Below are positions 8,940-17,578 of a DNA stretch of 38,206 nt, piece after piece. A model generated the notes under the pieces. It was not told the DNA's origin. It ran no database searches and saw only the letters and a program-made list of their open reading frames with translations. The translations under genes and the position numbers were made by a program. This DNA is from a virus. Position 1 is the first letter of the stretch. Each line of letters begins with the position of its first letter. Location: positions 1-38,206 of the IMG/VR virus record IMGVR_UViG_3300013945_000001, one strand, 5' to 3'.

Positions 8940-11732
8940 ATGATTAAAATACCAGAAGCAAGCATCATCACACTTGATACTTATAAGCGTGATTTACATG
9001 TCGGAGAAGCATTTGATTTAAGTGAGAACTTTAACGGTCGTGTTGGTGATGAACAAGTACCATTGGTTATTAAATTTTTAGAACGAGGTAAAACACAACA
9101 ATTTGAAGATGGATTAGTTCCGTTTATCAGTGGATTTGTTGGTGATAGACTCAATGATGATAATGTTGTAAATGCAGATACTGGTGTAGGTGTCAGCTAC
9201 ACAGGTACTCGTTCAGATATTGTTGGAATGGGTATGGTAAAGATGAATCTTCCCGGAACCATGTTTCCACAAGAAGGTTGGTTCTATGGATTCTTAGGGT
9301 TGGAAACTCCCGACCATTCTAAACGAGTATCAACATTCAATGTTTGGTTTCATGTTTATAATGGCAACCCAGATATGTTCGTTAATAAAGAGCCATTCAG
9401 AATAGAACTTCAAAAATTAATTGATAGTTTTGCAACGGATATTGCTAACACCGAAAACGACGCATTAGCAGTTATCGCAGAATATAGAAAAAAATTCCAA
9501 GACGTTGCCGATGATGCAACTTGGATGATGAGCCAACTAGATGTCATCGAGGCAAAAATCAAGTCAAACGACATTGCTACAAGTTCACAATTGAAACAAG
9601 CTATTAATGACATCAATACAAGTCTAATGAGCGAAATCAATCAACGACCAAAAAATTCAGATGTTGTAGACATGTTGAAGCGAGGATTTGCTAATTTTGA
9701 TGGTGGACAACCACATGCTATTGCTGATGAAACAACCCTGAAAAATACCTATCCCAATGGCCATGATGGGGTATTCATTACAATTGACACAGGACACAAG
9801 TGGATGTGGGGACCACAGGGAGCATGGATTGATGGTGGCGTTTATCAGAGTACACAGATTAAAGATGGAAGCATTGATATTACAAAATTGTCTGGCAATG
9901 CTCAAGCGCCAATTTTTATTCCATCTAAAGACGGAATCCCTAACTATGATTCGAAAACTGATACTTTTGACTTTAGATGTGAAACCGATTCGGCTTACTT
10001 TATGATGGATAATAAAGTAATCCAAGCACCTAAACCACTAGTTGTCAAGAATTCGTTGTTTGCAAATCCGGGTGTAACTAGTGCTAAATTAATCTACGAT
10101 GCAGATTCTGGATCATTTAGTTTCATTGGTTGGGCAGAAAAATTAGGAATTGATCAAACGATGATTGGTGGATTACGCCGAAGTGATGAAGGCTGGTTCT
10201 GGTCAGGCTCAATGGATATTACGATTGACGGCAAGCAAGTTGATCAATATAATGTTGCCCCTAATATTTTGTTCATTACTTCTGGACCTAATGTACCTAA
10301 TTTTGATTCCAAAACACGAATTTTTGATTTTAATAGTCAAAATACTACAACAGCAACTATTGTTATTGGAGAACGTGTAATTCCTGTGCCACAAGGTACT
10401 GTTGCTCAACCATCTGCAGCTGCTATGAAAAACAATACGTTGCGAATTGTATACAATGTCCATGACAACACGGCTCAAATTATCAGTTGGAATGAAGCTG
10501 TACCACCTTATTGTGTAACGATTGCTCCAATTCTGATGAATTATCGTAATCATCCGATTATTAGTGGTGGTTTTCCATACACGATTGATGGCTCACAAGT
10601 TGAAACGCAAAATTATAATGTGGAATTTGCCGCTTCATCTGATGGAGCGCCTATTTTCAACAAGGACGATTATTCCCTAGACTTAAATTGTTATACAGAT
10701 TCAGCTTACATCGTTTACGATGGTAATAGTTATCAAGTCCCTAAAAATACAGTTATTCCATATGAAAACAATAAATATACAAGTGTTAGATATTTATTCA
10801 AACCATCGACGATGGAATTTAAAGCTGTGGCGTGGAACACTCCAATTAGTGTTGGTTGGGTACAAATTGTCGCAATCCGATTCACTAAAAACAACGAGGC
10901 ATTGGTTACTGCGTCATTCCCAATCACTGTTAAAGGAGCTTCTTTTAAGACTAAAGCTACAGATAATCCGCTCAACGCTAAAGTTAAAGGGATTAACCAT
11001 CGTGGATTTAACACAGTAGCTCCAGAAGAAAGTCGGTCAGCTTATTTACTATCGAAGCAAAATGGCTATCACCATTGGGAAGGCGACATTAATTGGACGA
11101 AAGATAATGTGCCAATGATGATTCATGATTTGGCTATTAATCGAACAGCTCGAAATCTTGATGGTTCTCAAATAAACGGAACAGTAAATATTACCGACTT
11201 GAATTATGCTGATCTAGCTAAGTACGATTTTGGTATCGTTAAGGGCAATCAATACAAAGGCGAGCCACTGCTATCGTTTGAAGAATTGGTTAAATTAGCT
11301 CGTTATAATGATACCTTCTTGCATATTGAGTTTAAGTATGCTTTCACACAAGAACAAGTACAAACGCTCCATAATATTGTGGTCAAATACAATATGCTCG
11401 ATCGGATTGGTTGGCAAGCCTTTGGCTGGGATTGGATTAAACCAATGATGGCACTAGAGCCTAATGGTCAGTACGAATTGTTAGGCGGAGATGTTAATGA
11501 TGACTACTTTACTAAAATGGCAGCGTTGAAGACGAACACCAACACCATTATTGCAAGTCAAAACGCTGCACTAAGCGTTGATGATATTCAAAAGATTGCG
11601 GATAAGGGCTATCCAATCTACCTCTGGACTGTAGATGATGGCGATACGGTTCGTAAATTCCGTGATATTGGAATGGTAGAAGGAATCATGACTAATGGTG
11701 CCATTAATGTAGCGGATGAGTTAACAAAGTAG
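8940..11732 (+). CDS. Receptor-binding/baseplate protein: BppU-like N-terminus, three divergent internal repeats, C-terminal GDPD-like domain
   Basis: N-terminus resembles the BppU family. The repeated motif P(N/I)(Y/F)DSKT..FDF...DSAY occurs three times. The C-terminal motif HRGFNTVAPEES...EGDINWTKDNVPMMIHD is GDPD-like. Confidence 0.75.
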   Translation: MIKIPEASIITLDTYKRDLHVGEAFDLSENFNGRVGDEQVPLVIKFLERGKTQQFEDGLVPFISGFVGDRLNDDNVVNADTGVGVSYTGTRSDIVGMGMVKMNLPGTMFPQEGWFYGFLGLETPDHSKRVSTFNVWFHVYNGNPDMFVNKEPFRIELQKLIDSFATDIANTENDALAVIAEYRKKFQDVADDATWMMSQLDVIEAKIKSNDIATSSQLKQAINDINTSLMSEINQRPKNSDVVDMLKRGFANFDGGQPHAIADETTLKNTYPNGHDGVFITIDTGHKWMWGPQGAWIDGGVYQSTQIKDGSIDITKLSGNAQAPIFIPSKDGIPNYDSKTDTFDFRCETDSAYFMMDNKVIQAPKPLVVKNSLFANPGVTSAKLIYDADSGSFSFIGWAEKLGIDQTMIGGLRRSDEGWFWSGSMDITIDGKQVDQYNVAPNILFITSGPNVPNFDSKTRIFDFNSQNTTTATIVIGERVIPVPQGTVAQPSAAAMKNNTLRIVYNVHDNTAQIISWNEAVPPYCVTIAPILMNYRNHPIISGGFPYTIDGSQVETQNYNVEFAASSDGAPIFNKDDYSLDLNCYTDSAYIVYDGNSYQVPKNTVIPYENNKYTSVRYLFKPSTMEFKAVAWNTPISVGWVQIVAIRFTKNNEALVTASFPITVKGASFKTKATDNPLNAKVKGINHRGFNTVAPEESRSAYLLSKQNGYHHWEGDINWTKDNVPMMIHDLAINRTARNLDGSQINGTVNITDLNYADLAKYDFGIVKGNQYKGEPLLSFEELVKLARYNDTFLHIEFKYAFTQEQVQTLHNIVVKYNMLDRIGWQAFGWDWIKPMMALEPNGQYELLGGDVNDDYFTKMAALKTNTNTIIASQNAALSVDDIQKIADKGYPIYLWTVDDGDTVRKFRDIGMVEGIMTNGAINVADELTK

Positions 11733-11800
11733 CATAGTATTTTTATACGCTTTGTAGGCGTTTTTATTTTGGAAAAATTAAGGGGAAAGAAGGTGTAATA

Positions 11801-12091
11801 TTGCACACGCTATTGGGGTTGTCTTGGGGGGAATGGGCATCGATTACAACCGTCATTATTTTTATGGCAAGCATGGTTAGCCTGCTTTTTAAATACATCG
11901 TTTTTGGCCCATTTCAGGACGATATAAAAGATTTAAACAAAAATTTTAAAACGCTTAATGATAATCTAAGAGAAATAAGAGTTAGCATTGATGAGTTAGA
12001 TAAGCGAGTAGACGAGCATGATCGGCGGTTAGACCGCCACCACGAACGAATTAAGGATTTACACGACAAAATATGGGGAGGCAGTTATTAA
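11801..12091 (+). CDS. Membrane-anchored coiled-coil lysis-module protein (holin accessory/XhlA-like?)
   Basis: TTG start 7 nt after GAAAGAAGG. One N-terminal transmembrane (TM) segment followed by a charged coiled coil. Confidence 0.55.
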   Translation: MHTLLGLSWGEWASITTVIIFMASMVSLLFKYIVFGPFQDDIKDLNKNFKTLNDNLREIRVSIDELDKRVDEHDRRLDRHHERIKDLHDKIWGGSY

Positions 12092-12330
12092 TGAAGAATG
12101 TAAAAAACATCAATTGGCATGATGGTAAATTGTGGGCAGGATTGATTAGTTTACTAATCGTTTTAGTTCAACAATTAATGGTAGCCTTTGGATATACCTA
12201 TCCAGTCGATTGGCAAAACATTGTAGGCATTATTAACACAGTATTAACCATCCTAGGGATGTTAGGGGTAATTAGTGATACAACTACCGTTAGTAACCAT
12301 ATAGGAGGGCAAAATGACAAAACTAAATAA
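12091..12330 (+). CDS. Holin-like small membrane protein
   Basis: ATG follows GGGGAGG. 79 aa with two hydrophobic segments and a charged C-terminus; lies immediately upstream of the endolysin. Confidence 0.65.
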   Translation: MKNVKNINWHDGKLWAGLISLLIVLVQQLMVAFGYTYPVDWQNIVGIINTVLTILGMLGVISDTTTVSNHIGGQNDKTK

Positions 12331-13642
12331 ATTAAAATGGGTTGTTGCAATTGCAGCAGCCTTTTTTGTTGGAGCGAGTTCCGCTCCACTGGTCAGTGCC
12401 AATGCTGGTGGAGCTACGAATAACCAATACGCCAATGTACAGCATAAAGCAGTGGTTAAACATCCTGATAATGCCAAGGCTAAAACAGGTCAGAAACAAG
12501 CTAAGAAGTCGGTTACTTCGGTACGTAGCCAAGGTGTCGACTGGGCTAAGTACCAAGGATATAACGGCGTTAAAGGCTATAAAAACGATCAGTTTGCAAT
12601 TGCACAAATTGGTGGATCATACGGTGGAACGTTCATTAACCAAGCTACGTACAACAGTCAAGTTGCTAGTGCATTAAATCAAGGGATTCGGGCACATACT
12701 TACATTTGGTATGGGGTTGGTGGTAGTACAGCACTCGGTAAGCAATGCCTTAACTACTACTTGCCACGCGTTAAAACACCCAAGGGTTCGATTGTTGCCC
12801 TCGATTATGAAGATGGTGCTAGTGGAAGTATTGAAGCTAACACAAATGCTATCATTGCTGGTATGCAACAGATCAAGAACGCTGGATATACGCCGATGTA
12901 TTACAGTTACAAGCCTTATACGCTTGCTCACGTGGACTATAAACGGATTGTGCAACGGTTTGGTACATGTCTATGGATTGCTGCTTATCCCGATTATCTA
13001 GTCCGGAGCACACCATACTGGGATATGTTCCCAAGTATGGACGGTGTGGCTATCTGGCAATTCACCTCTACCTATATTAATGGTGGACTAGATGGCAACG
13101 TCGATTTAACTGGAATTACGCACAACGGTTATGATGGTAAGCAAACTAATCCAGCTTCAAAGCCAGTTAAGCCGTCAAATAAGAAGCACGTAGATGTAAC
13201 CTACGCAATGCACCAACGTAATGGCCAATGGTTATCGCCAGTTAAAAACGCTGGTTCTGGTGCTAACGGATTCGCTGGAATGCCATGCAGTGCGCACGAT
13301 TTGCTTTACATTAAGGTTAACCATGGCTCTATTAAGTATCGGGTTCATACCAAGGAAGATGGTTGGTTACCATGGGTACACAAAGCTAACAAGAATGATA
13401 CTGTTAACGGGGTTGCCGGTATTAAGGGCCGCACCATCGACGGCGTACAAATGTACTACACAACTCCTAGTGGCGAGACCTACCAGCAAGCGTACTACCG
13501 TTCGCAATCAACGCAACGAGGTGGTTACCTCGGTACCTGTGCTGACAATGGTTCGGTGGCCGGTTATGATAGCTGGGCAGGTATGTACGGCGAACCGCTG
13601 GATCGGTTACAAATTAGCATTAACAATCATAGTGATTTCTAA
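12314..13642 (+). CDS. Endolysin: N-terminal Sec-type signal peptide, GH25 muramidase-like domain, C-terminal binding region
   Basis: N-terminus MTKLNKLKWVVAIAAAFFVGASSAPLVSANA. Motifs GVDWAKYQG...FAIAQIGG...DYED look GH25-like. Confidence 0.8.
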   Translation: MTKLNKLKWVVAIAAAFFVGASSAPLVSANAGGATNNQYANVQHKAVVKHPDNAKAKTGQKQAKKSVTSVRSQGVDWAKYQGYNGVKGYKNDQFAIAQIGGSYGGTFINQATYNSQVASALNQGIRAHTYIWYGVGGSTALGKQCLNYYLPRVKTPKGSIVALDYEDGASGSIEANTNAIIAGMQQIKNAGYTPMYYSYKPYTLAHVDYKRIVQRFGTCLWIAAYPDYLVRSTPYWDMFPSMDGVAIWQFTSTYINGGLDGNVDLTGITHNGYDGKQTNPASKPVKPSNKKHVDVTYAMHQRNGQWLSPVKNAGSGANGFAGMPCSAHDLLYIKVNHGSIKYRVHTKEDGWLPWVHKANKNDTVNGVAGIKGRTIDGVQMYYTTPSGETYQQAYYRSQSTQRGGYLGTCADNGSVAGYDSWAGMYGEPLDRLQISINNHSDF

Positions 13643-13668
13643 ACCTATTAAACAGGAAGTAATTATTT

Positions 13669-13696
13669 AGCCTCTGTCTTCGGACGGAGGCTTTTT
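13669..13696 (+). terminator. Intrinsic terminator after the endolysin
   Basis: GCCTCTGTC-TTCG-GACGGAGGC forms a 9-bp stem, followed by TTTTTT. Confidence 0.85.
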
Positions 13697-14005
13697 TGTT
13701 GTCTGGACAGGTTGTTTTAAAGTGTATTTGGGTGTAGGATTACCATTAGTAGGAGGATTAGTTTAAGGGTTAAAGGGGGAGTAGGCTCTTGAATTAAGTT
13801 CTCCTATTTTTTATTGAAATGACATCATTATTCTCCAACGTAGGAAGAAAACTTATCCACGCCAATTATTTCGGAAAAATAACTTAAAATACAGAAAAAG
13901 TCCACACGACCAATAAATGGTTAAGCGGACTTTCCTTAATACAAATAAAGTATTACAATGAAATAGTAAGCCAGGTTCCTCCAAAGAATATCAGGCTTGC
14001 CGGGA

Positions 14006-14040
14006 AATCACCAGCTTAGAAATAGGCTGCGTGATTTTTT
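14006..14040 (+). terminator. Intrinsic terminator in the non-coding attP-proximal region
   Basis: AATCACCAGC...GCTGCGTGATT stem (10 bp with one bulge) running into TTTTTT. Confidence 0.6.
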
Positions 14041-14245
14041 GTTTGTGTAATTTATTTTGATATCTGAAAAAGACAGGTTTATATAGTTAAGAGGTAAAAT
14101 TCATCGTTAATACAAAATAAATCACAGCAGAATTCATAATAAAGCAAATCTAGAAGCATTGCAAGCAATATGCATGGCTAATATATTACGATTGATGACA
14201 CGATTTACTGATACAAAATAGAAAAAGCCGAATCAAGAAGATTAT

Positions 14246-14266
14246 AAAAAGCACCCACTCGGGTGC
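14246..14266 (-). terminator. Short hairpin terminator on the minus strand
   Basis: GCACCC-ACTC-GGGTGC, followed on the minus strand by TTTTTAT. Confidence 0.45.
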
Positions 14267-14303
14267 CCGCTTATTTAAACATAAAGCGCTGCTATATTAT
14301 TGT

Positions 14304-14320
14304 GGTGCTATAGCGGTGCG
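14304..14320 (+). repeat. Pair of GGTGC(T/G)(A/G) direct repeats 11 nt apart (candidate integrase arm-type sites)
   Basis: GGTGCTA at 14304 and GGTGCGG at 14315. The same motif pair recurs at 14512 and 14523. Confidence 0.4.
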
Positions 14321-14420
14321 GTAAATTCAGTAAAGCATTGGTATAACGGCGTTTGTAGGAAGTTTTGAAATCCTGTACTCTCCTTATTAGTACCTTTTTA
14401 GAAGGTCTTATGAAACGTCG

Positions 14421-14467
14421 TAAAAGTGGCTTACACCTTGGAAACACTGGTGTTAAGCCACTTTTTT
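14421..14467. terminator. Bidirectional terminator downstream of the integrase gene
   Basis: GTGGCTTACACC...GGTGTTAAGCCAC hairpin flanked by TAAAA on one side and TTTTTT on the other. Confidence 0.75.
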
Positions 14468-14511
14468 GTTAGATAGAATAAAATGAGAATATTATATGAA
14501 AAATGCACTTC

Positions 14512-14529
14512 GGTGCTACTCCGGTGCTA
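14512..14529 (+). repeat. Second pair of GGTGCTA direct repeats 11 nt apart, overlapping the integrase stop codon
   Basis: GGTGCTA at 14512-14518 and 14523-14529. Confidence 0.4.
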
Positions 14530-15642
14530 TAAAATTTTTCGCACATTTTTTGAATTCAGTGAAATCTTATCAAGTGATTTTTCGATACGTAGATCAGCTT
14601 TTTGTTTGTATTCGTCAATTAGGTATGAATATACTCGACTGGTTGTTGATATATCAGAATGGCCTAATCGCTTTGATATGATAAACAAATCAACGTTTTC
14701 GGATAAGAGATACGCCACATGCGTATGACGTAACGAATGGAAGTGAAAACTAGGTTTATCGATTCTACAATGGGCTAATGATTCCCGGAGTGTTTTATTT
14801 ACGGCACTGGAAGAGGGCACCGTACCATATTGATTAGTGAATATCTTGGTGCTACTGCTCTTAGGTTTCAGCTGTTTCAGTAACTGTGCTAAATCGTCGT
14901 TAATCTTAATGATTCGCACTGACGATTCGTTTTTAGTTGGTTGGAATTTTTGTTCTTCATCATTCCAAGACCGTCGAATAGAGATGGTATTAAAGGTGGT
15001 GTTGATATCTTTCCAAGTTAAGGCTTGAATTTCGCCCAGACGAGCACCAGTATAAATCGCAGTTAAAATCATGTACTTGCTTGTAAAATGATTATTTAAA
15101 CTACTACGAAGATAAGTGGACAGGGTGTTCATCTCGTCAATGTTTAAATAATCAATTTTGCGAGTCTTGCTCTTGTTGAAGACCATGGAAACGCCGTAGA
15201 CAAAATCTTTTTCAATGGCTTTATCGTAGAGTGCATCTTTGACACAAGCATGAATTAACGAATTAAATTTAGTTACGGTGGACTTAGCATGTTTCTTGCC
15301 AAAGACATTGATGAAACGCTGGTAATCTTTCCGGGTGATATCGCCAACCGGTTTTTTAGCAAGCAATGACTTCTTTAAAACGTTATATAGCTGTAGGTAA
15401 GTAGCTTTAGTCCGATTAGTTACTGAGGGTTCTTTATACGTTAGGTACCAATCGTAAAAATAAGCAGGAAAATAAGTCTCACTATCAATATCTCGTTTGT
15501 TTAACTGGAAATCTGCTGCCCATAATTCTGCCTCGGATTGCGTTTTAAAATTATACTTGCTCTTGTAGTGACGTTTTCCCTCCTCATCTCGCCAGGTTAT
15601 CCTAGCAGTCCATTTTCCATTTTGTTTTTTAATACTTGCCAT
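14527..15642 (-). CDS. int: Tyrosine recombinase (phage integrase)
   Basis: 371 aa. N-terminus MASIKKQNGKWTARITWRD is typical of phage integrases. C-terminal motifs ARLGE...HSLRHTH...LGH...Y. SD GGAGG upstream. Confidence 0.9.
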   Translation of the reverse strand: MASIKKQNGKWTARITWRDEEGKRHYKSKYNFKTQSEAELWAADFQLNKRDIDSETYFPAYFYDWYLTYKEPSVTNRTKATYLQLYNVLKKSLLAKKPVGDITRKDYQRFINVFGKKHAKSTVTKFNSLIHACVKDALYDKAIEKDFVYGVSMVFNKSKTRKIDYLNIDEMNTLSTYLRSSLNNHFTSKYMILTAIYTGARLGEIQALTWKDINTTFNTISIRRSWNDEEQKFQPTKNESSVRIIKINDDLAQLLKQLKPKSSSTKIFTNQYGTVPSSSAVNKTLRESLAHCRIDKPSFHFHSLRHTHVAYLLSENVDLFIISKRLGHSDISTTSRVYSYLIDEYKQKADLRIEKSLDKISLNSKNVRKIL

Positions 15643-15736
15643 AAAAGCGAACCTCCGTTCTGTTGTTGGAAGCAGGCTTCAATGTTAAAATAAGCGTACA
15701 TTAAAGGAGCCACTTCCGTGGTTTTTCTAAGTGATA

Positions 15737-15778
15737 GTCACATCCCAAACTTTGGTCGGTGGGGGATGTGGCTTTTTT
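15737..15778 (+). terminator. Plus-strand hairpin with T-run (copy A of a repeated element)
   Basis: Stem 15737-15746/15763-15772 followed by TTTTTT. The 20-nt core GTGGGGGATGTGGCTTTTTT is identical to 16191-16210. Confidence 0.55.
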
Positions 15779-15864
15779 GTTGTGTAGTTAAATCTATTAA
15801 GTTAACTACTATTTCCCACATACAGAGTCGGACTGTATCTAGTCACCGGAGTGGAAAGAGGATA

Positions 15865-16062
15865 TCATCTAAGCTGAGGGCTACCAAGTATGATTAAAAA
15901 TAAGCCAATGCAGATAAAGATAATTCCCCAAAACATCTGCGTAAACATACTACGATCACCAAAAAAGAAACGTAAGATATTTAAAGTTCGACCAAGACTT
16001 ATTATTAATGCTCCAATAAAAAATATAATTATTCCAATGATAGCCATAATATTCGTTTCCAT
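15865..16062 (-). CDS. Small two-TM membrane protein (lysogeny-module moron, i.e. an accessory gene)
   Basis: 65 aa and strongly hydrophobic (IIGIIIFFIGALIISLG ... WGIIFICIGLFLIILG). Confidence 0.55.
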   Translation of the reverse strand: METNIMAIIGIIIFFIGALIISLGRTLNILRFFFGDRSMFTQMFWGIIFICIGLFLIILGSPQLR

Positions 16063-16091
16063 AAACTATTCGCTCCTTTGTAAATAAAGTA

Positions 16092-16178
16092 TTAATGTAG
16101 CGCGGTATAGAATGTAAAAAATCCTAAGAAAATACCAGGGATGTTAGCTGCAATGATCGGCCAATCACGTTCTAACAT
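16092..16178 (-). CDS. Possible 28-aa hydrophobic peptide (MLERDWPIIAANIPGIFLGFFTFYTALH)
   Basis: Manual translation; no convincing SD. The start codon lies inside the stem of repeat copy B. Confidence 0.2.
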   Translation of the reverse strand: MLERDWPIIAANIPGIFLGFFTFYTALH

Positions 16179-16211
16179 CTTACTTGGCGAGTGGGGGATG
16201 TGGCTTTTTTT
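16175..16211 (+). terminator. Plus-strand hairpin with T-run (copy B, weaker stem)
   Basis: Shares the 20-nt core with copy A and is followed by TTTTTTT. Confidence 0.45.
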
Positions 16212-16236
16212 GTTTACTTATTAATTTAAGTGGTTA

Positions 16237-16857
16237 TTAATGATTTTGTGGCGGGCCATCAATTTTTTGTGAAGATCCGTCACGGTCAAAGTGGTACCAT
16301 TGTCCGTCAGGAGCTTGCTGGTACTCATTTGCTCTGTATTCGCCTTCTTCATATTGACTTGCTTTTTCGGGAGTCATAAATCCTTGGTCGGAACTGCTAT
16401 CCTCTGTAGAAGTATCACTACTGTTATCCTTATATGCATCCGGATGGTTCATCGCGTATTCGGTTTGTAATTCACCAGAGCTCTTCATATTTCGAGGTGT
16501 CGAGGCTAAGGCTTCTTTTTGTGACATGCCCTGATACTTCATTTTGTAAGCGACAGGGGACATACCATATTTATTAACGAATTCGGATAAAGTTTGAGGC
16601 TCCGACTTAGAGCTTGCTACTTTTTTGGATTGAGAAGAGGCAGAACTCTGTTCAGGGCTAGAACTTAACGAACCACTGCTTTCTTTTTCAGTTTTAACTT
16701 TAGATATTCGTTTCTTGTGATTATGTTTTTTATGTGTTTTAGTAGTGTGCGAACTGCTATCTTGGCTATTGTCATGCGAGTTCTTGTTATTACTTCCACA
16801 GGCTGACAAAGACATAGCGATCAAGAATGTAGCTCCCAGCATTAATGCCTTTTTCAT
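16237..16857 (-). CDS. Lipoprotein with a Ser-rich linker (candidate superinfection-exclusion factor)
   Basis: ATG lies 8 nt after GGAGG. Signal peptide MKKALMLGATFLIAMSLSAC with lipobox LSAC. Confidence 0.75.
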   Translation of the reverse strand: MKKALMLGATFLIAMSLSACGSNNKNSHDNSQDSSSHTTKTHKKHNHKKRISKVKTEKESSGSLSSSPEQSSASSQSKKVASSKSEPQTLSEFVNKYGMSPVAYKMKYQGMSQKEALASTPRNMKSSGELQTEYAMNHPDAYKDNSSDTSTEDSSSDQGFMTPEKASQYEEGEYRANEYQQAPDGQWYHFDRDGSSQKIDGPPQNH

Positions 16858-16875
16858 ACTAATTTCCTCCAATCG

Positions 16876-17520
16876 TTAATTTTGACCAGTAAATAACAAC
16901 TCACCAAGCCCGTCATCAGCCTTTTTATCATATTTGTAAACTTTAGTAGTAGCTCCGTCTGCTGAATCAACGCGAACTAGTAATCCATAATCTGTTTTCC
17001 AGCTATACATAGTTTCACCAGTATCTAGGGGCATTTTCTTGTAAACGCTTGGCATTCTATCTAAATGTTTTGTACTTCTTTCTCCGAATGCTTGGGCAAA
17101 GCTCTTTAATTTCTCACGCTTCTCTTTTTTCTCAGCATTTTTCTTGTCAACTTGTTTTTGCAGCACTTTGTAATTGCCACCAATAACTTTATTATCAACT
17201 AGATAAATATCCTTTTTTCCGTAGGTTAAGTTACGGGAAGTTTGAAAATCAGGCTTACCAAGCTCTTTGATTACTTCTTTCTTAGTCATCCCAAGTTTAA
17301 TGTTAGAAAAGTGTGATTGTTTTGACGTAGAAACTTTTTCCGTTTCTACAGATTTGTTAGGTTTTGCGGTACTATCTTTACCGAAAAATCCAACCACAAA
17401 AAATGAGATTATAGCAATTACAATAGACACGTTTCTATACTTTTTATTTGGAGACTTTTTCCAAAAGTACCAAATAGCAATTAATGCTATTAAGAAAATA
17501 ACTGTAAACAATGTTGCCAT
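16876..17520 (-). CDS. N-terminally membrane-anchored protein of unknown function
   Basis: ATG at 17520 lies 10 nt after GGAGG. Two N-terminal hydrophobic segments are followed by a soluble domain. Confidence 0.65.
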   Translation of the reverse strand: MATLFTVIFLIALIAIWYFWKKSPNKKYRNVSIVIAIISFFVVGFFGKDSTAKPNKSVETEKVSTSKQSHFSNIKLGMTKKEVIKELGKPDFQTSRNLTYGKKDIYLVDNKVIGGNYKVLQKQVDKKNAEKKEKREKLKSFAQAFGERSTKHLDRMPSVYKKMPLDTGETMYSWKTDYGLLVRVDSADGATTKVYKYDKKADDGLGELLFTGQN

Positions 17521-17578
17521 AACGAACACTCCTCCAAAATATGTACAGCTTTTTTTGACTTCAGTTTTGGTCCTAACA

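Noticed and set aside
12332-13670. Alternative-frame and antisense ORFs within the endolysin gene (12332..12607, 12342..12677, 12674..12955, 12711..13001, 13221..13670)
   Set aside because: They lie within, or almost entirely within, a well-supported gene (13221..13670 runs 28 nt past its stop), and have no ribosome-binding sites.
13697-14526. tRNA gene or tRNA 3' fragment as the attP core; small ORFs in the gap
   Set aside because: No T-arm (GGTTCGAAT-type) or acceptor pattern was found on either strand. All ORFs there are under 25 aa and have no SD.
14483-15028. Plus-strand ORFs antisense to the integrase (14483..14728, 14496..14681, 14837..15028)
   Set aside because: These are antisense reading frames of a clearly real gene, with no SD.
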